NCBI GenBank assembly: GCA_040905425.1
Contig: JBBDRO010000014.1
Location: forward strand, 24,454 to 57,882
DNA: 33,429 nt
Direction of reading: 5' to 3'
Source of the DNA: Gemmatimonadota bacterium
Lineage (GTDB): Bacteria > Gemmatimonadota > Gemmatimonadetes > Longimicrobiales > RSA9
This document shows positions 18,147-27,889 of this stretch, in pieces. Within the stretch, counting starts at the first letter, position 1; every line of letters begins with the position of its first letter. The notes under the pieces were generated by a model that ran no database searches, was not told where the DNA came from, and was given only the letters and a program-made list of their open reading frames with translations. The position numbers were made by a program, and so were the translations under genes.

Positions 18147-18567
18147 GCCGCGGCCGCGCGTCGGCGTCCTGCTCGCCCACGGGGATATGGCGGCGGGCAT
18201 CGTGGATGCCGTCCGCGCCATTACAGGGGTGGACGAGGACGTCCTCTTCCCGCTCAGCAACCGGGGCAAGAATCCCGAAAGTCTGGCCCAGGCGGTGCGG
18301 GAGCTGGTGGCCGGCCGGCCGGCCCTGCTCTTCACTGACCTGCAGAGCGGGAGCTGCGGGATTGCCGCCCGCCGTCTGGCGCACGAGCTTCCCGAGCTGC
18401 TCGTCATCTCGGGCGTGAATCTCCCGGTGCTGCTGGAGTTCGTGCTCCACCGTGAGAAATCCCTCGAGGAACTCGTGCCGCGCCTGCTCGACAAGGGACG
18501 TGCCGGCATCGGCTGCTCCCCGACCAACATGAAAGCGCATGGCAGTCCTGCTGTATCGGATCGATGA
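18139..18567 (+). CDS. PTS mannose/fructose/sorbose-class EIIA
   Basis: LLAHGDMA phospho-His motif, TDLQSGS, SGVNLPVLL. Confidence 0.88.
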   Translation: MSEPRPRVGVLLAHGDMAAGIVDAVRAITGVDEDVLFPLSNRGKNPESLAQAVRELVAGRPALLFTDLQSGSCGIAARRLAHELPELLVISGVNLPVLLEFVLHREKSLEELVPRLLDKGRAGIGCSPTNMKAHGSPAVSDR

Positions 18568-19030
18568 GCGGCTGATCCACGGCCAGGTGGTGCTGGGCTG
18601 GGGCAATACCCTCCACCCCGACCTGATCGTGGTGGCCGATGACGAGTTGGCCGCTTCCGCATGGGAGCAGGAGCTCTACGCCCTCGGCTTGCCGGAGGGA
18701 CTCGAGGCGGTCTTCCACGACGTGCGAACCGCCCGGGAGGAGTTGCCCGCTCTCCAGGCTGGAGCGCGCCGCGTGATCATCCTCACGCGGGACGTGGATT
18801 CCATGCTGCGCGTGGCCCGGGATGGCGCGCTGGCGGGTGCGGAAGTCAACCTGGGGGGCATCCATCACGGAACGGAGCGGCAGCAGGTGTTGCCCTATCT
18901 CTATCTGAGCAGCGCCGAGCGATCGGGTCTGCGGGAGCTGGCCGGGACCGGCGCGCTCATCAGCGCCCGTGATCTGCCCAGCGCCCGCAAGGTGCCGCTG
19001 GATCGTATACTCGAGCAGGGGACAGAGTGA
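18539..19030 (+). CDS. PTS mannose-class EIIB
   Basis: RIDERLIHGQV, VNLGGIH. Confidence 0.92.
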   Translation: MAVLLYRIDERLIHGQVVLGWGNTLHPDLIVVADDELAASAWEQELYALGLPEGLEAVFHDVRTAREELPALQAGARRVIILTRDVDSMLRVARDGALAGAEVNLGGIHHGTERQQVLPYLYLSSAERSGLRELAGTGALISARDLPSARKVPLDRILEQGTE

Positions 19031-19695
19031 CGGGGTGGATCCTGCTGGCGCTCGTGGGTGCCATGGTCGCGGTCGATGCCACCTCCTTCCCACAGGTCAT
19101 GATCTCGCGCCCGCTCGTATCCGGTGCGCTCGGCGGGTTGGTCTTCGGGCGTCCGCTCGAGGGGGCCGTGGTGGGTGTGATCCTGGAGGTCTACCATGTG
19201 GGCACGCTGCCCATCGGCGCGGCCCGCCATCCCGAGGGTGGCACGGCGGCGTGCGCCGCCGCCGGCGGACTCGCGGCCGCGGGCCTCCCGGCGGAGGCTC
19301 CGGTGGTCCTGGTGACAGTGCTGCTGGCTCTGCTGTGGGAGCGTGTCACGGGCAGGTCGGTGGACCTGGGACGTCGCCTGAACGAGCGCATTGTACAGGT
19401 ATGGCGGCCCGGCCCGGACCCCGACCGTGAGCTCGAGCGGCGCCATCTGGCCGCGGCGGGGGTGGACGGCATCCGTGGACTGGTGGTCACGGTGAGCGGT
19501 GCGCTCGCCACGCTGCTGGCGGTCCGCCTGGCGGCGGCGTGGCCCGCCCAGAGTACGGTGGCCGCCGCGGCGCTCGGCATCGCGGGTGCGGCGGTGCTCG
19601 GCGGGACCCTGGACGTGTTCGGCGGATGGCGGGAGAAGGGGCGCACCTTCCTGCTGGGCGTGGCGTGCGGCCTGATCCTGCTGGCGGTGGCCTGA
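19027..19695 (+). CDS. PTS mannose-class EIIC
   Basis: QVMISRPLVSG, LPIGAARHP; multiple hydrophobic segments; lies between IIB and IID. Confidence 0.85.
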   Translation: MTGWILLALVGAMVAVDATSFPQVMISRPLVSGALGGLVFGRPLEGAVVGVILEVYHVGTLPIGAARHPEGGTAACAAAGGLAAAGLPAEAPVVLVTVLLALLWERVTGRSVDLGRRLNERIVQVWRPGPDPDRELERRHLAAAGVDGIRGLVVTVSGALATLLAVRLAAAWPAQSTVAAAALGIAGAAVLGGTLDVFGGWREKGRTFLLGVACGLILLAVA

Positions 19696-20435
19696 TGCGG
19701 CTGACCCGGGGGGCCGGCCTGGCCATGCTGTTGCGCTCCTTCGCCGTGCAGGCCAGCTGGAACTACCGTACCCTGATCGGCACCGGCTTCTGCTTCGTGC
19801 TATTGCCGGTGTTGCGGGCGGTGTACGGCGGCGGGGAGCAGCTGAAAGACGCGGTGCGGCGCCACAGCGGGATCTTCAACAGCCATCCCTATCTCGTGGG
19901 GATCGCGGCCGGGGCGGTAGCACGTCTCGAGGCGGAGGGGGCCGAGCCGGAGCTCGTGGAGCGCTTCAAGTCGGCGGTGCGTGGTTCACTCGGGTCACTC
20001 GGTGATCGTCTCGTATGGGCGGGATGGCGGCCCGTGTGCGCGCTCCTCGGCGTGGCGGGAGCGCTGGCGGGGGCCTCCTGGTGGCTGGCGGTGCTCCTCT
20101 TCCTGGTGCTCTACAACGCGGGGCACCTGGCCATCCGCGTCGGTGCCTTTCAGCTCGGGCTGCGCTATGGCAGGAACGTGGCGGAGCAGCTGCGCGAGCT
20201 GCCCCTCGATCGCGTGCAGCGTTCCCTGTGGCATGCCGGCGCGTTCCTCGTAGGCGTGCTCGCCCCCCTCGTCGCGGCGGGTGAGCTGTTGGCCGATCGA
20301 CTGCCCATCGCCTGGGTTCTCGCGGGCGCGCTGGCTACGGCGGTGGGCGTGCGGTTCGGGACCGCGATACGGCTGCCCGCCGCGGTGGTACTCGTGCTCG
20401 GGGTGGTCGTGGCCTACGCTCTGGGGGGCGCCTGA
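19695..20435 (+). CDS. PTS mannose-class EIID
   Basis: QASWNY, RHSGIFNSHPY, GSLGSLGDRLVW, LYNAGH; ATG 19695 overlaps the IIC stop (TGATG). Confidence 0.9.
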   Translation: MRLTRGAGLAMLLRSFAVQASWNYRTLIGTGFCFVLLPVLRAVYGGGEQLKDAVRRHSGIFNSHPYLVGIAAGAVARLEAEGAEPELVERFKSAVRGSLGSLGDRLVWAGWRPVCALLGVAGALAGASWWLAVLLFLVLYNAGHLAIRVGAFQLGLRYGRNVAEQLRELPLDRVQRSLWHAGAFLVGVLAPLVAAGELLADRLPIAWVLAGALATAVGVRFGTAIRLPAAVVLVLGVVVAYALGGA

Positions 20436-20713
20436 TGACCGGCGGCGAACACCGGATCAGGATCCGGATCACCAATCCGCTCGGCTTGCACGCGCGGCCC
20501 GCCGCGGAGTTCGTGAAGCTGGCCGGTCGTTATCAGGCGGACGTCTGGGTGGCCAAGGATGATCTCGAAGTCAACGGCAAGAGCATCATGGGCATGATGA
20601 TGTTGGCGGCGGAGTGCGGCAGCGAGCTCCTGATCCGCACCCTGGGGACGGACGCCGAGGCCGCGGCCACCGCGCTGACCACGTTGATCGAGAACGGGTT
20701 CGGAGAGACATGA
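20435..20713 (+). CDS. ptsH: Phosphocarrier protein HPr
   Basis: GLHARPA (His15) and NGKSIMGMM (Ser46). Confidence 0.96.
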   Translation: MTGGEHRIRIRITNPLGLHARPAAEFVKLAGRYQADVWVAKDDLEVNGKSIMGMMMLAAECGSELLIRTLGTDAEAAATALTTLIENGFGET

Positions 20714-20768
20714 TCTCGGCGGCACGGCGGCAACCGGATACCATACTCTGTCAGGGCAGAGGAGGCAC

Positions 20769-22550
20769 GTGAGAATCGTACGTGACGGCATTGCCGTCTC
20801 GCCCGGGATCGTGATCGGTCCAGCGCACGTGTTGCGCGTGGAGGTACCGCGCGTGCCACACGTGACCATTCCTGCCGAGCAGGTGGATCAGGAAGTGGCG
20901 GCCTTCCACGACGCGCGCGGCTGGGCGCAGGACCGGCTGCGGGACATCCAGGAGCGCACGGCCGAGCGGCTCGGTGCCGTGGAGGCACAGATCTTCGAGC
21001 CCCAGATCCTCATGCTCGATGATGGCGACCTCGTGGCGGGGACGGTGGAATACATACGGTCCAACCACCTGTCCGCCGCGCGGGCCTTCGAGTTGCGCAT
21101 GCTCGAATTCGAATCGGCCTGGTCACGCACCGGTCATCCGATGGTGATGGACCGGTTGAATGACCTCCTGGACATCGAGATGCGGGTGGTGCGTCGCCTG
21201 CTGGACCTGCCCGACCCCGACTATTCGCTGGGGAGCCTGGCGGAGCCGGTCGTACTCGTTGCCCGGGACCTGACGCCGTCGGTGACCGTACAACTGGATC
21301 GCAACGCCATCCTGGGGGTGGCTACGGACGCGGGCACCCGTACGTCCCACTCCGCCATCCTGGCGCGTTCACTCCATCTGCCGGCCGTGGTGAGCCTCGG
21401 GGATCTCTCGGACCAGGTGGAGGATGGAGCCACCGTGGTGCTGGACGGGCGCTCCGGACGCGTGATCGTTGAGCCGTCGCATGAGGAGCGGGACCGCTAC
21501 GCGGAACGGGACGTGAAGGTGCGTGAGTGGGAGCAGGAGCTGGTGCTCCTGGCCCATCTGGATTCCGTGACACCCGATCACCAGCCGGTGCTGCTGCGCG
21601 CCAACATCGATCTCCCCGGTGAGGCGCCGGACGCGCTCGTCCACGGGGCCCAGGGCATCGGCCTCTATCGCACGGAATTCCTGGTCGTGGGGCGCAGCGC
21701 GCCGCCCGACGAGGAGGAGCAGTACCGCTGCTACCGGCAGGTGGCGGAGGTCTTTCCCGATGATGCGGTCTACATACGCACCTTCGATCTGGGCGGTGAC
21801 AAGTTCCCACTGTTCCTGAACATGCCCTCCGAGGAGAACCCGTTCCTCGGCTGGCGCGCCATCCGCGTCTGCCTGGACATGCCGGAGCTCTTCCGCAAGC
21901 AGCTGCGGGCGCTCCTGCGAGCCACGGCGCACGGGGACGTTCGCATCATGATCCCCATGGTGAACCAGGTGGAGGAGGTGCAGCGCACGCGGGCGCTGCT
22001 CGAGGAGGAAGCTGACAACCTGAAGCGGGACGGGGTGGCCTTCAATCCGGGCTACAAACTGGGCATCATGATCGAGACACCGGCGGCCGTCCTGGTGGCG
22101 CACGAACTGGCGCGCTATGCCGATTTCTTCTCGATCGGCACCAACGACCTGGTGCAGTACACCCTGGCCGTGGACCGCGGGAACGCGCGCCTGGCGCCCC
22201 TCTACGACCCCTTCCACCCGGCCGTCGTGCGTCTGCTGGACATGACCGGCGCCGCCGGTCGCGCCGCGGGCATCGAGGTGTGCGTCTGTGGTGAGATGGC
22301 GGGTAATCCGCTGGCCGTCTTCCTGCTCCTGGGGCTGAGCATCCCCTCCCTCAGCGTGGGCCCCGGCTCCTTGCCCGAAATCAAGAAGATCATCCGTAGC
22401 GTTCCCGCCTCCGCGGCACATGCGGCCGCGCACGAGGCGTTGCGCGCCTCCACCGGCCGCGAGGTGGTGGCCATCCTCGAGCGGGGCATCGCGGAGCATC
22501 TGGATCTGTCCTATTTCCCCGGCCGCTGGAACGACACCCCATCGGAGTAG
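20769..22550 (+). CDS. ptsI: Phosphoenolpyruvate--protein phosphotransferase (Enzyme I)
   Basis: TSHSAILARS, GIGLYRTEF, IRTFDLGGDK, ENPFLGWRAIR, FSIGTNDLVQY, CGEMAG; no N-terminal GAF domain. Confidence 0.96.
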   Translation: MRIVRDGIAVSPGIVIGPAHVLRVEVPRVPHVTIPAEQVDQEVAAFHDARGWAQDRLRDIQERTAERLGAVEAQIFEPQILMLDDGDLVAGTVEYIRSNHLSAARAFELRMLEFESAWSRTGHPMVMDRLNDLLDIEMRVVRRLLDLPDPDYSLGSLAEPVVLVARDLTPSVTVQLDRNAILGVATDAGTRTSHSAILARSLHLPAVVSLGDLSDQVEDGATVVLDGRSGRVIVEPSHEERDRYAERDVKVREWEQELVLLAHLDSVTPDHQPVLLRANIDLPGEAPDALVHGAQGIGLYRTEFLVVGRSAPPDEEEQYRCYRQVAEVFPDDAVYIRTFDLGGDKFPLFLNMPSEENPFLGWRAIRVCLDMPELFRKQLRALLRATAHGDVRIMIPMVNQVEEVQRTRALLEEEADNLKRDGVAFNPGYKLGIMIETPAAVLVAHELARYADFFSIGTNDLVQYTLAVDRGNARLAPLYDPFHPAVVRLLDMTGAAGRAAGIEVCVCGEMAGNPLAVFLLLGLSIPSLSVGPGSLPEIKKIIRSVPASAAHAAAHEALRASTGREVVAILERGIAEHLDLSYFPGRWNDTPSE

Positions 22551-22574
22551 CTCCCTCGGCGCGCCGGTGAATGC

Positions 22575-22603
22575 TTGTCGTGGTGCCGCACGCCGGCTAA
22601 CTT
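22575..22603 (+). promoter_or_regulatory. Candidate sigma70-type promoter for metK
   Basis: ttgtcg-17 bp-taactt in the ptsI-metK gap. Confidence 0.55.
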
Positions 22604-22646
22604 CGCGCCCCTGATCCGAGTCCCGATCCACAAACCGGAGAACGCT

Positions 22647-23822
22647 TTGAGCCGCCGCCTATTCACCTCGGAGTCCGTCACCGAGGGCCATCCAGACAAG
22701 ATCGCGGACCAGACGAGCGATGCCATCCTGGACGCCATCATGACCGATGACCCCGCCGGCCGCGTGGCGTGCGAGGTGCTCGTCACGACCGGCCTGACCA
22801 TGGTGGCGGGGGAGATCACGACCCACACCTACGTGGACATCCCCGGCGTGGTGCGCGGCACGCTGCGCTCCATCGGGTATACGGATTCCAGCTACGGCAT
22901 CGACGGCGAGACGTGCGCCGTCCTCGTATCCATCGATCGACAGTCGCCGGACATTGCCCAGGGCGTGGACACCGGCGGGGCCGGCGATCAGGGTATGATG
23001 TTCGGGTACGCCGTGGACGAGACGGACGAACTCATGCCGATGCCACTGCAGCTGGCGCACCGCGTGACCCGGCGGCTCTCCCAGCAGCGCAAGGACGGGG
23101 CGCTGCCGTGGCTGCGCCCCGACGGTAAGGCACAGGTGACGCTGGAGTACGAAGGAGATCGACCCGTCAAGGTTCACACGGTGGTGGTGAGCACCCAGCA
23201 TTCCCCCGACGTGACGCTCGACGAGTTGCGCGCCGAGGTGGTGAAGCGGGTCATCACCCCGGTGATGCCCGAGGATCTCTACGATCCGGACGATTGCATC
23301 GTGCACATCAATCCCACCGGGCGCTTCGTGGTGGGTGGCCCCCACGGGGACGCGGGCCTCACGGGGCGCAAGATCATCGTGGATACATACGGCGGCTCGG
23401 CGCCGCACGGTGGCGGCGCGTTCAGCGGTAAGGATCCCTCCAAGGTGGACCGCTCCGCCGCCTACGCGGCGCGGTGGGCAGCCAGGAACATCGTGGCCGC
23501 CAAGTTGGCCCGGCGTTGCGAAGTTCACCTGGCCTACGCCATCGGGGTGGTCGATCCCGTCAGTGTCCATGTGGACTCCTTCGGAACGGCCGAAGTCGGC
23601 GACGAAGCGCTGGCGCGCGCGCTGCGACAGGTATTCGACTTCAGCCCGGCCGGCATCATCGAGGCGCTCGACCTGCGCACCCCCATCTACAAGCGCACGG
23701 CGGCCTACGGCCATTTCGGACGCGAGCCGGTGGTCGAGACCGTGAACGGTACCCAGCTCCAGTTCTTCCCGTGGGAGCGAGCGGACCGGATCGAGGAACT
23801 GCGCAAGGCAGTGGGCGCGTAG
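22647..23822 (+). CDS. metK: S-adenosylmethionine synthetase
   Basis: [53 protein letters not shown] start at 22647 follows ggag. Confidence 0.97.
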   Translation: MSRRLFTSESVTEGHPDKIADQTSDAILDAIMTDDPAGRVACEVLVTTGLTMVAGEITTHTYVDIPGVVRGTLRSIGYTDSSYGIDGETCAVLVSIDRQSPDIAQGVDTGGAGDQGMMFGYAVDETDELMPMPLQLAHRVTRRLSQQRKDGALPWLRPDGKAQVTLEYEGDRPVKVHTVVVSTQHSPDVTLDELRAEVVKRVITPVMPEDLYDPDDCIVHINPTGRFVVGGPHGDAGLTGRKIIVDTYGGSAPHGGGAFSGKDPSKVDRSAAYAARWAARNIVAAKLARRCEVHLAYAIGVVDPVSVHVDSFGTAEVGDEALARALRQVFDFSPAGIIEALDLRTPIYKRTAAYGHFGREPVVETVNGTQLQFFPWERADRIEELRKAVGA

Positions 23823-23854
23823 ACACGAGGGCCGCAGTGAACCAAGGAGCACCC

Positions 23855-24394
23855 ATGATCGAGGTACGCGTGCAGAGCCTGGGGCTCGATCGGACCTCCA
23901 ACACGCCCGTGGTGATTCTGCAGGAGCAGGAGGGCGCCCGGGTGCTGCCCATCTGGATCGGTCCCGGTGAAGCCAGCGCCATTGCCATGGAGCTGGCGGG
24001 GATGAAATTTGCCCGGCCGCTGACCCACGATCTCTTTCGTTCGGTCATCCGCGGGTTGGGTGGCCGGCTGGAGCAGGTTGCCATCACCCGGGTGGAGGAG
24101 AACACCTACTACGCGGAGCTGCGCATCCGCCGGGGCGCCGAGGTCTTCACCGTGGATGCCCGACCGTCCGATTCCATTGCCATCGCGTTGCGCCTCGAGG
24201 CACCGATCTACGCCTCCGACGAGCTCCTCGAAGAGACCTCCATCGAGATCGCCGACGCGGGTGACGAACCCGATTATCTCGAGTCCGCGGAGGATGAGCC
24301 CGAGGGTGAAAAGCGCGGCTCGCTCTCCCCGGAAGAACTGCGCGACCACCTGCGTCGCATGAACCCCGAAGACTTCGGTCGCTTCAACCCCTGA
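23855..24394 (+). CDS. Bifunctional nuclease family protein (DUF151/BFN)
   Basis: LPIWIGPGEASAI, RPLTHDL, DARPSDSIAIAL; SD aaggag. Confidence 0.92.
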   Translation: MIEVRVQSLGLDRTSNTPVVILQEQEGARVLPIWIGPGEASAIAMELAGMKFARPLTHDLFRSVIRGLGGRLEQVAITRVEENTYYAELRIRRGAEVFTVDARPSDSIAIALRLEAPIYASDELLEETSIEIADAGDEPDYLESAEDEPEGEKRGSLSPEELRDHLRRMNPEDFGRFNP

Positions 24395-24405
24395 GACCGG
24401 TTGTT

Positions 24406-25083
24406 ATGAATCACATACACATGCCGGCCGGCATGGCGCTGACGCTGGCCGTTCTGCAAGCATCCGCCGTAGCGGGGCAGGCGCCGGATTCGCTGCGCGG
24501 CCGGGTGATCGGCGCCGCGGCGGAGGCGCTCGCAGACGTGGAGGTGGTCCTGCACCGGGTCACCGATAGCGGCGGTGCCTCCATTGCTTGGGATACCACC
24601 GGCGCCGCGGGGGAGTTCGCGCTCCCGGCCCCAGCCGCCGACGGTCCCGACGCTCTCTATTTCGTGGCCGCGCGCTGGGAGGGTGATCTCTACATCGCCG
24701 AACCCTTCGCCAGCGCCGCCGAGGCGGATTCCGTCATCGTGCTCCAGGTGGGCGTACCCGGCACCGCCGCCATGAGCGCCGCGGCGGACGCCGGCACCAC
24801 CGCGCTGCCCATGGGCGGCGCACCGGCCCAGGTGCGCCCGCTGGTGAGCTGGCGCCGCTGGGGGATCGCCCTGGTGGTTGGCCTGGCGCTCATGGGCTTC
24901 CTGATCTACCTGGCGCTCAGGCGCCAGGGCGGGGGAGTGCCGGAGCGCAACCAACTGCTCCTGCGGGTGGCTCTCCTGGAGGAGGAATTGGACGCCGCCC
25001 GGGCCGCCGATGAGGAAGTGGCGGACCTCCAGCGCGAGCACGCCGAGGCGGTGGCTCGCCTGCGCGCCGCCTCGGCCGGTTAG
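24406..25083 (+). CDS. Hypothetical protein: signal peptide, beta-rich extracytoplasmic domain, one TM helix, charged helical tail
   Basis: Hydrophobic N-terminus ending AVA|GQ; TM WGIALVVGLALMGFLIYLAL; start at 24406 or 24421. Confidence 0.7.
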   Translation: MNHIHMPAGMALTLAVLQASAVAGQAPDSLRGRVIGAAAEALADVEVVLHRVTDSGGASIAWDTTGAAGEFALPAPAADGPDALYFVAARWEGDLYIAEPFASAAEADSVIVLQVGVPGTAAMSAAADAGTTALPMGGAPAQVRPLVSWRRWGIALVVGLALMGFLIYLALRRQGGGVPERNQLLLRVALLEEELDAARAADEEVADLQREHAEAVARLRAASAG

Positions 25084-25100
25084 TCCGGAGCGCGCGGCCC

Positions 25101-25844
25101 GTGGCCGCCATCACCACCCCCGCCCTGATCCTGCAGTCGTTTCCCTACGGTGAAACGAGCCGTATCCTGCGCCTGCTCACGCCCGAACTGGGTGTCCAAT
25201 CCGTCATCGCCAAGGGGGCCAATCGGCCGCGCGGCCGCTTCGGCGGTGTGCTCGATCCTTTCACGCACGGGCTGGCGACCCTGCACGTACGAGCGAATCG
25301 CGAGTTGCAGACGCTGGCCGGGTTCGACCTGCTGCGCGCCCGGCACCGTCTGGGGGCGGACCTGGTCCGTTTCGGCGGTGCCTCGCTGCTGGCCGAGTTG
25401 ACGCTCCGCACGGGCAGTGAAGCCGCTCACCCCGAGTTTTTCGAGGCGCTCTCCAGCGCGCTGGATCATCTCGAGGACGTGCCCGTGGAGGCGCTGGAAG
25501 CAACCATCCTGGCGCGCGCGTGGCACCTGGTCGCGCTGCTGGGCTTTGCTCCCGCCCTGGACTTCTGCCTGGCGTGCGGGCAGGAGATCACCGCGGGAGA
25601 GGAGGCCGCGCTCGATTACGGCGCCGGTGGCGTGCGCTGCACCTCGTGCGCCCGTGGCCGGCCGGGACGCGCCCTGCCCCCCCACGCCCGTGCCGCCCTG
25701 GGCAGCATGAGCGCAGGCCAGGTGGTGGACCTGCCGCGTACCGAGGGGCACTGGCTGGTCCTGGAGCGCTTCCTGGCGCATCATGTGCTCGAGGGCGCCA
25801 CCCTGCGCTCGTTCACCTTCCTGGCAGAGGCACTGGACCGATGA
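25101..25844 (+). CDS. recO: DNA repair protein RecO
   Basis: PYGETSRILRLLT, IAKGA, LLGFAPALDFCLACG and CTSC zinc finger. Confidence 0.93.
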   Translation: MAAITTPALILQSFPYGETSRILRLLTPELGVQSVIAKGANRPRGRFGGVLDPFTHGLATLHVRANRELQTLAGFDLLRARHRLGADLVRFGGASLLAELTLRTGSEAAHPEFFEALSSALDHLEDVPVEALEATILARAWHLVALLGFAPALDFCLACGQEITAGEEAALDYGAGGVRCTSCARGRPGRALPPHARAALGSMSAGQVVDLPRTEGHWLVLERFLAHHVLEGATLRSFTFLAEALDR

Positions 25845-27790
25845 GCGGCGGCGCCACAGGGGATCGGCGGCTCATCCTGGGTACCGCCGGTCACATCGAT
25901 CATGGCAAGACGGCGCTGGTACGCGCCCTCACCGGCGTGGACACGGACCGTCTGCCCGATGAAAAGCGGCGTGGCATCACGATCGATCTCGGTTTCGCCC
26001 GGCTGATGCTGCCCGACGGGCTGGAATTCGGTGTGATCGACGTGCCGGGGCACGAGGCCTTCGTCCGCAACATGGTGGCCGGTGCCGCCGGGGTTGACGT
26101 GGCCCTTCTGGTGGTGGCCGCCGACGAGGGTGTGATGCCGCAGACGCGGGAGCATCTGGCCATCCTGGAGCTGCTCGATGTGCCGCGGCTCGTGGTGGCG
26201 CTCACCAAGGCGGACCTGGTCGAGGAGGCCTGGCTCGAACTCGTGCGGGATGAGGTGATCGGTGTGCTGGAGGGCACCGCGAACGCCGATGCACCTCTCG
26301 CGGCCGTTTCCGCCCGGACGGGTCAGGGTCTGGACGAGCTCCGCGCCCACCTGGCCGCCGCCGGCGCGGTGGTGCGGCGGCGCGATGCCCGGGATCTCTT
26401 CCGCCTGCCGGTGGACCGTGCGTTCACCGTACGGGGCACGGGTACGGTGGTGACCGGTACCGTCTGGTCCGGCACGGTGGCCGCGGACGCCATCGTGCAA
26501 CTGCAGCCGCAGGGCCAGTCCGTACGCGCGCGCGGCGCCCAGGTACACGGGCAGGAGCGCCAGGAGGTCACGGCCGGAGAGCGCGCCGCGCTGGCGTTGG
26601 CGGGGCTCGACCGGGAGGCGGTCCGCCGCGGTGACACGCTGGTAGCGCCGGATGCCGGCTGGCTGCCCTCCAGCATTCTGACCGTCCGGCTGGCCGTCCT
26701 GGCGGACGCAGCGGCGCCCCTGCGCCAGCGGCAGCGCGTGCGTCTCCATCTGGGTACGGCGGAGGTGCTGGCCCGGGTCCGCCTCCTGGAAGGCACGGTC
26801 ATCCAACCCGGCCAGGCCGCGTGGGCGCAGTTCCGCCTCGAGGCACCGGTGGTGGCGCGGGGTCGCGACCGCTTCGTCATGCGTCACTATTCCCCGGTGA
26901 TCACGCTCGGCGGCGGTGTGGTCGCGGAGGTGGCCGCGCCCAAGCGCCGGCGTCTGCCCGCGGACGTGGCCAATCACCTGAGCGCGCTGCTGGACGGCCA
27001 GGCGGCGGGCGGCGTGCGGGCGCTGGTGGAGCTCGCGGGACCGGCCGGCGTGTGCGTGGCGGAGCTTGCCGTGCGTACCGGGCTGACACCGGGCGCCGTA
27101 GCCGGCGCCGTGGCCCCGGACACGGTGGACACGGTGGACACGGCGGACGGCGTGGCCCGGGTTGGCGAGCGCCTGGTCCCGGCACCGGTACTGGCCGATG
27201 CGGCGGAGCGGATCCTGGCCGCGGTGCACGGCTGGCACGCGGAACGCCCCCTCCACCCCGGCATACCGGTCGAGGCACTCCGTCCCATGGCCCCCGCCGG
27301 CGCCGCGCCGGGCCTGGTGGATGCCGCCGTCGCGGCGCTCGTCGGCCGGGCGGCGGTACGGCAGGTCGGACCGCACGTCCGCGAGCGCCACTTCGTTCCG
27401 GCCCCTACCGCGTCCCAGCGGGAAGCGCTCGACGGCCTGCGAGAAGTTTATGAAACCGCCGCGCTGGCGCCGCCCGGGACGTCGGACCTGCCCGGCGAAC
27501 CCGGCGCGCGTCCGGACCTGGAGGATCTGCTGGCGTATATGGAAGGGGCGGGGGAACTGGTCCAGCTGCGCCCCGGCCTGCTCGTGGACGCCCGGGCGCT
27601 GATCGATGCGGTGGCCCGCCTGCGCGCCACACTGCCCCTGGACGAGCCGCTGGCCGCGGCCGACTTCAAGGCGCCCCTCGGGCTCACCAGGAAACATCTG
27701 ATTCCACTGCTGGAGTACATGGATGGCATCGGCGTGACGCGGCGCGAGGGGGATCGCCGCCGTCTCCTGCCCACCGCCCCGGAGCGGTGA
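25841..27790 (+). CDS. selB: Selenocysteine-specific translation elongation factor
   Basis: GTAGHIDHGKT, RGITIDLGF, DVPGHEAFVRNM, TKAD, and C-terminal winged helix GLTRKHLIPLLEYMD; ATG 25841 overlaps the recO stop. Confidence 0.96.
   Translation: MSGGATGDRRLILGTAGHIDHGKTALVRALTGVDTDRLPDEKRRGITIDLGFARLMLPDGLEFGVIDVPGHEAFVRNMVAGAAGVDVALLVVAADEGVMPQTREHLAILELLDVPRLVVALTKADLVEEAWLELVRDEVIGVLEGTANADAPLAAVSARTGQGLDELRAHLAAAGAVVRRRDARDLFRLPVDRAFTVRGTGTVVTGTVWSGTVAADAIVQLQPQGQSVRARGAQVHGQERQEVTAGERAALALAGLDREAVRRGDTLVAPDAGWLPSSILTVRLAVLADAAAPLRQRQRVRLHLGTAEVLARVRLLEGTVIQPGQAAWAQFRLEAPVVARGRDRFVMRHYSPVITLGGGVVAEVAAPKRRRLPADVANHLSALLDGQAAGGVRALVELAGPAGVCVAELAVRTGLTPGAVAGAVAPDTVDTVDTADGVARVGERLVPAPVLADAAERILAAVHGWHAERPLHPGIPVEALRPMAPAGAAPGLVDAAVAALVGRAAVRQVGPHVRERHFVPAPTASQREALDGLREVYETAALAPPGTSDLPGEPGARPDLEDLLAYMEGAGELVQLRPGLLVDARALIDAVARLRATLPLDEPLAAADFKAPLGLTRKHLIPLLEYMDGIGVTRREGDRRRLLPTAPER
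27118..27148 (+). repeat. 9-bp in-frame tandem repeat (ggacacggt) x3 inside selB
   Basis: ggacacggt-ggacacggt-ggacacggc-ggac, encoding DTVDTVDTAD. Confidence 0.85.
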
Positions 27791-27860
27791 GTGGCCCGGG
27801 CCCGCCCGTTTCGCCCCGTACCCCGCACACCGCCGCACCGGCTCGAGCCGGTCAGCCATC

Positions 27861-27889
27861 TTGACAGGGGGCAGCCGGAACCCTATCGT
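27861..27889 (+). promoter_or_regulatory. sigma70-type promoter for the 27991 gene
   Basis: TTGACA-17 bp-TATCGT. Confidence 0.75.

Noticed and set aside
22551..22646. SAM riboswitch upstream of metK
   Set aside because: The predicted leader is only about 37 nt, and I see no SAM-I, II or III consensus elements.
4573..27859. Long antisense and alternate-frame ORFs (e.g. 4573-6378, 6813-8258, 12817-14796, 25781-27859)
   Set aside because: They shadow well-supported + strand genes, carry no recognisable motifs, and are expected in high-GC DNA.
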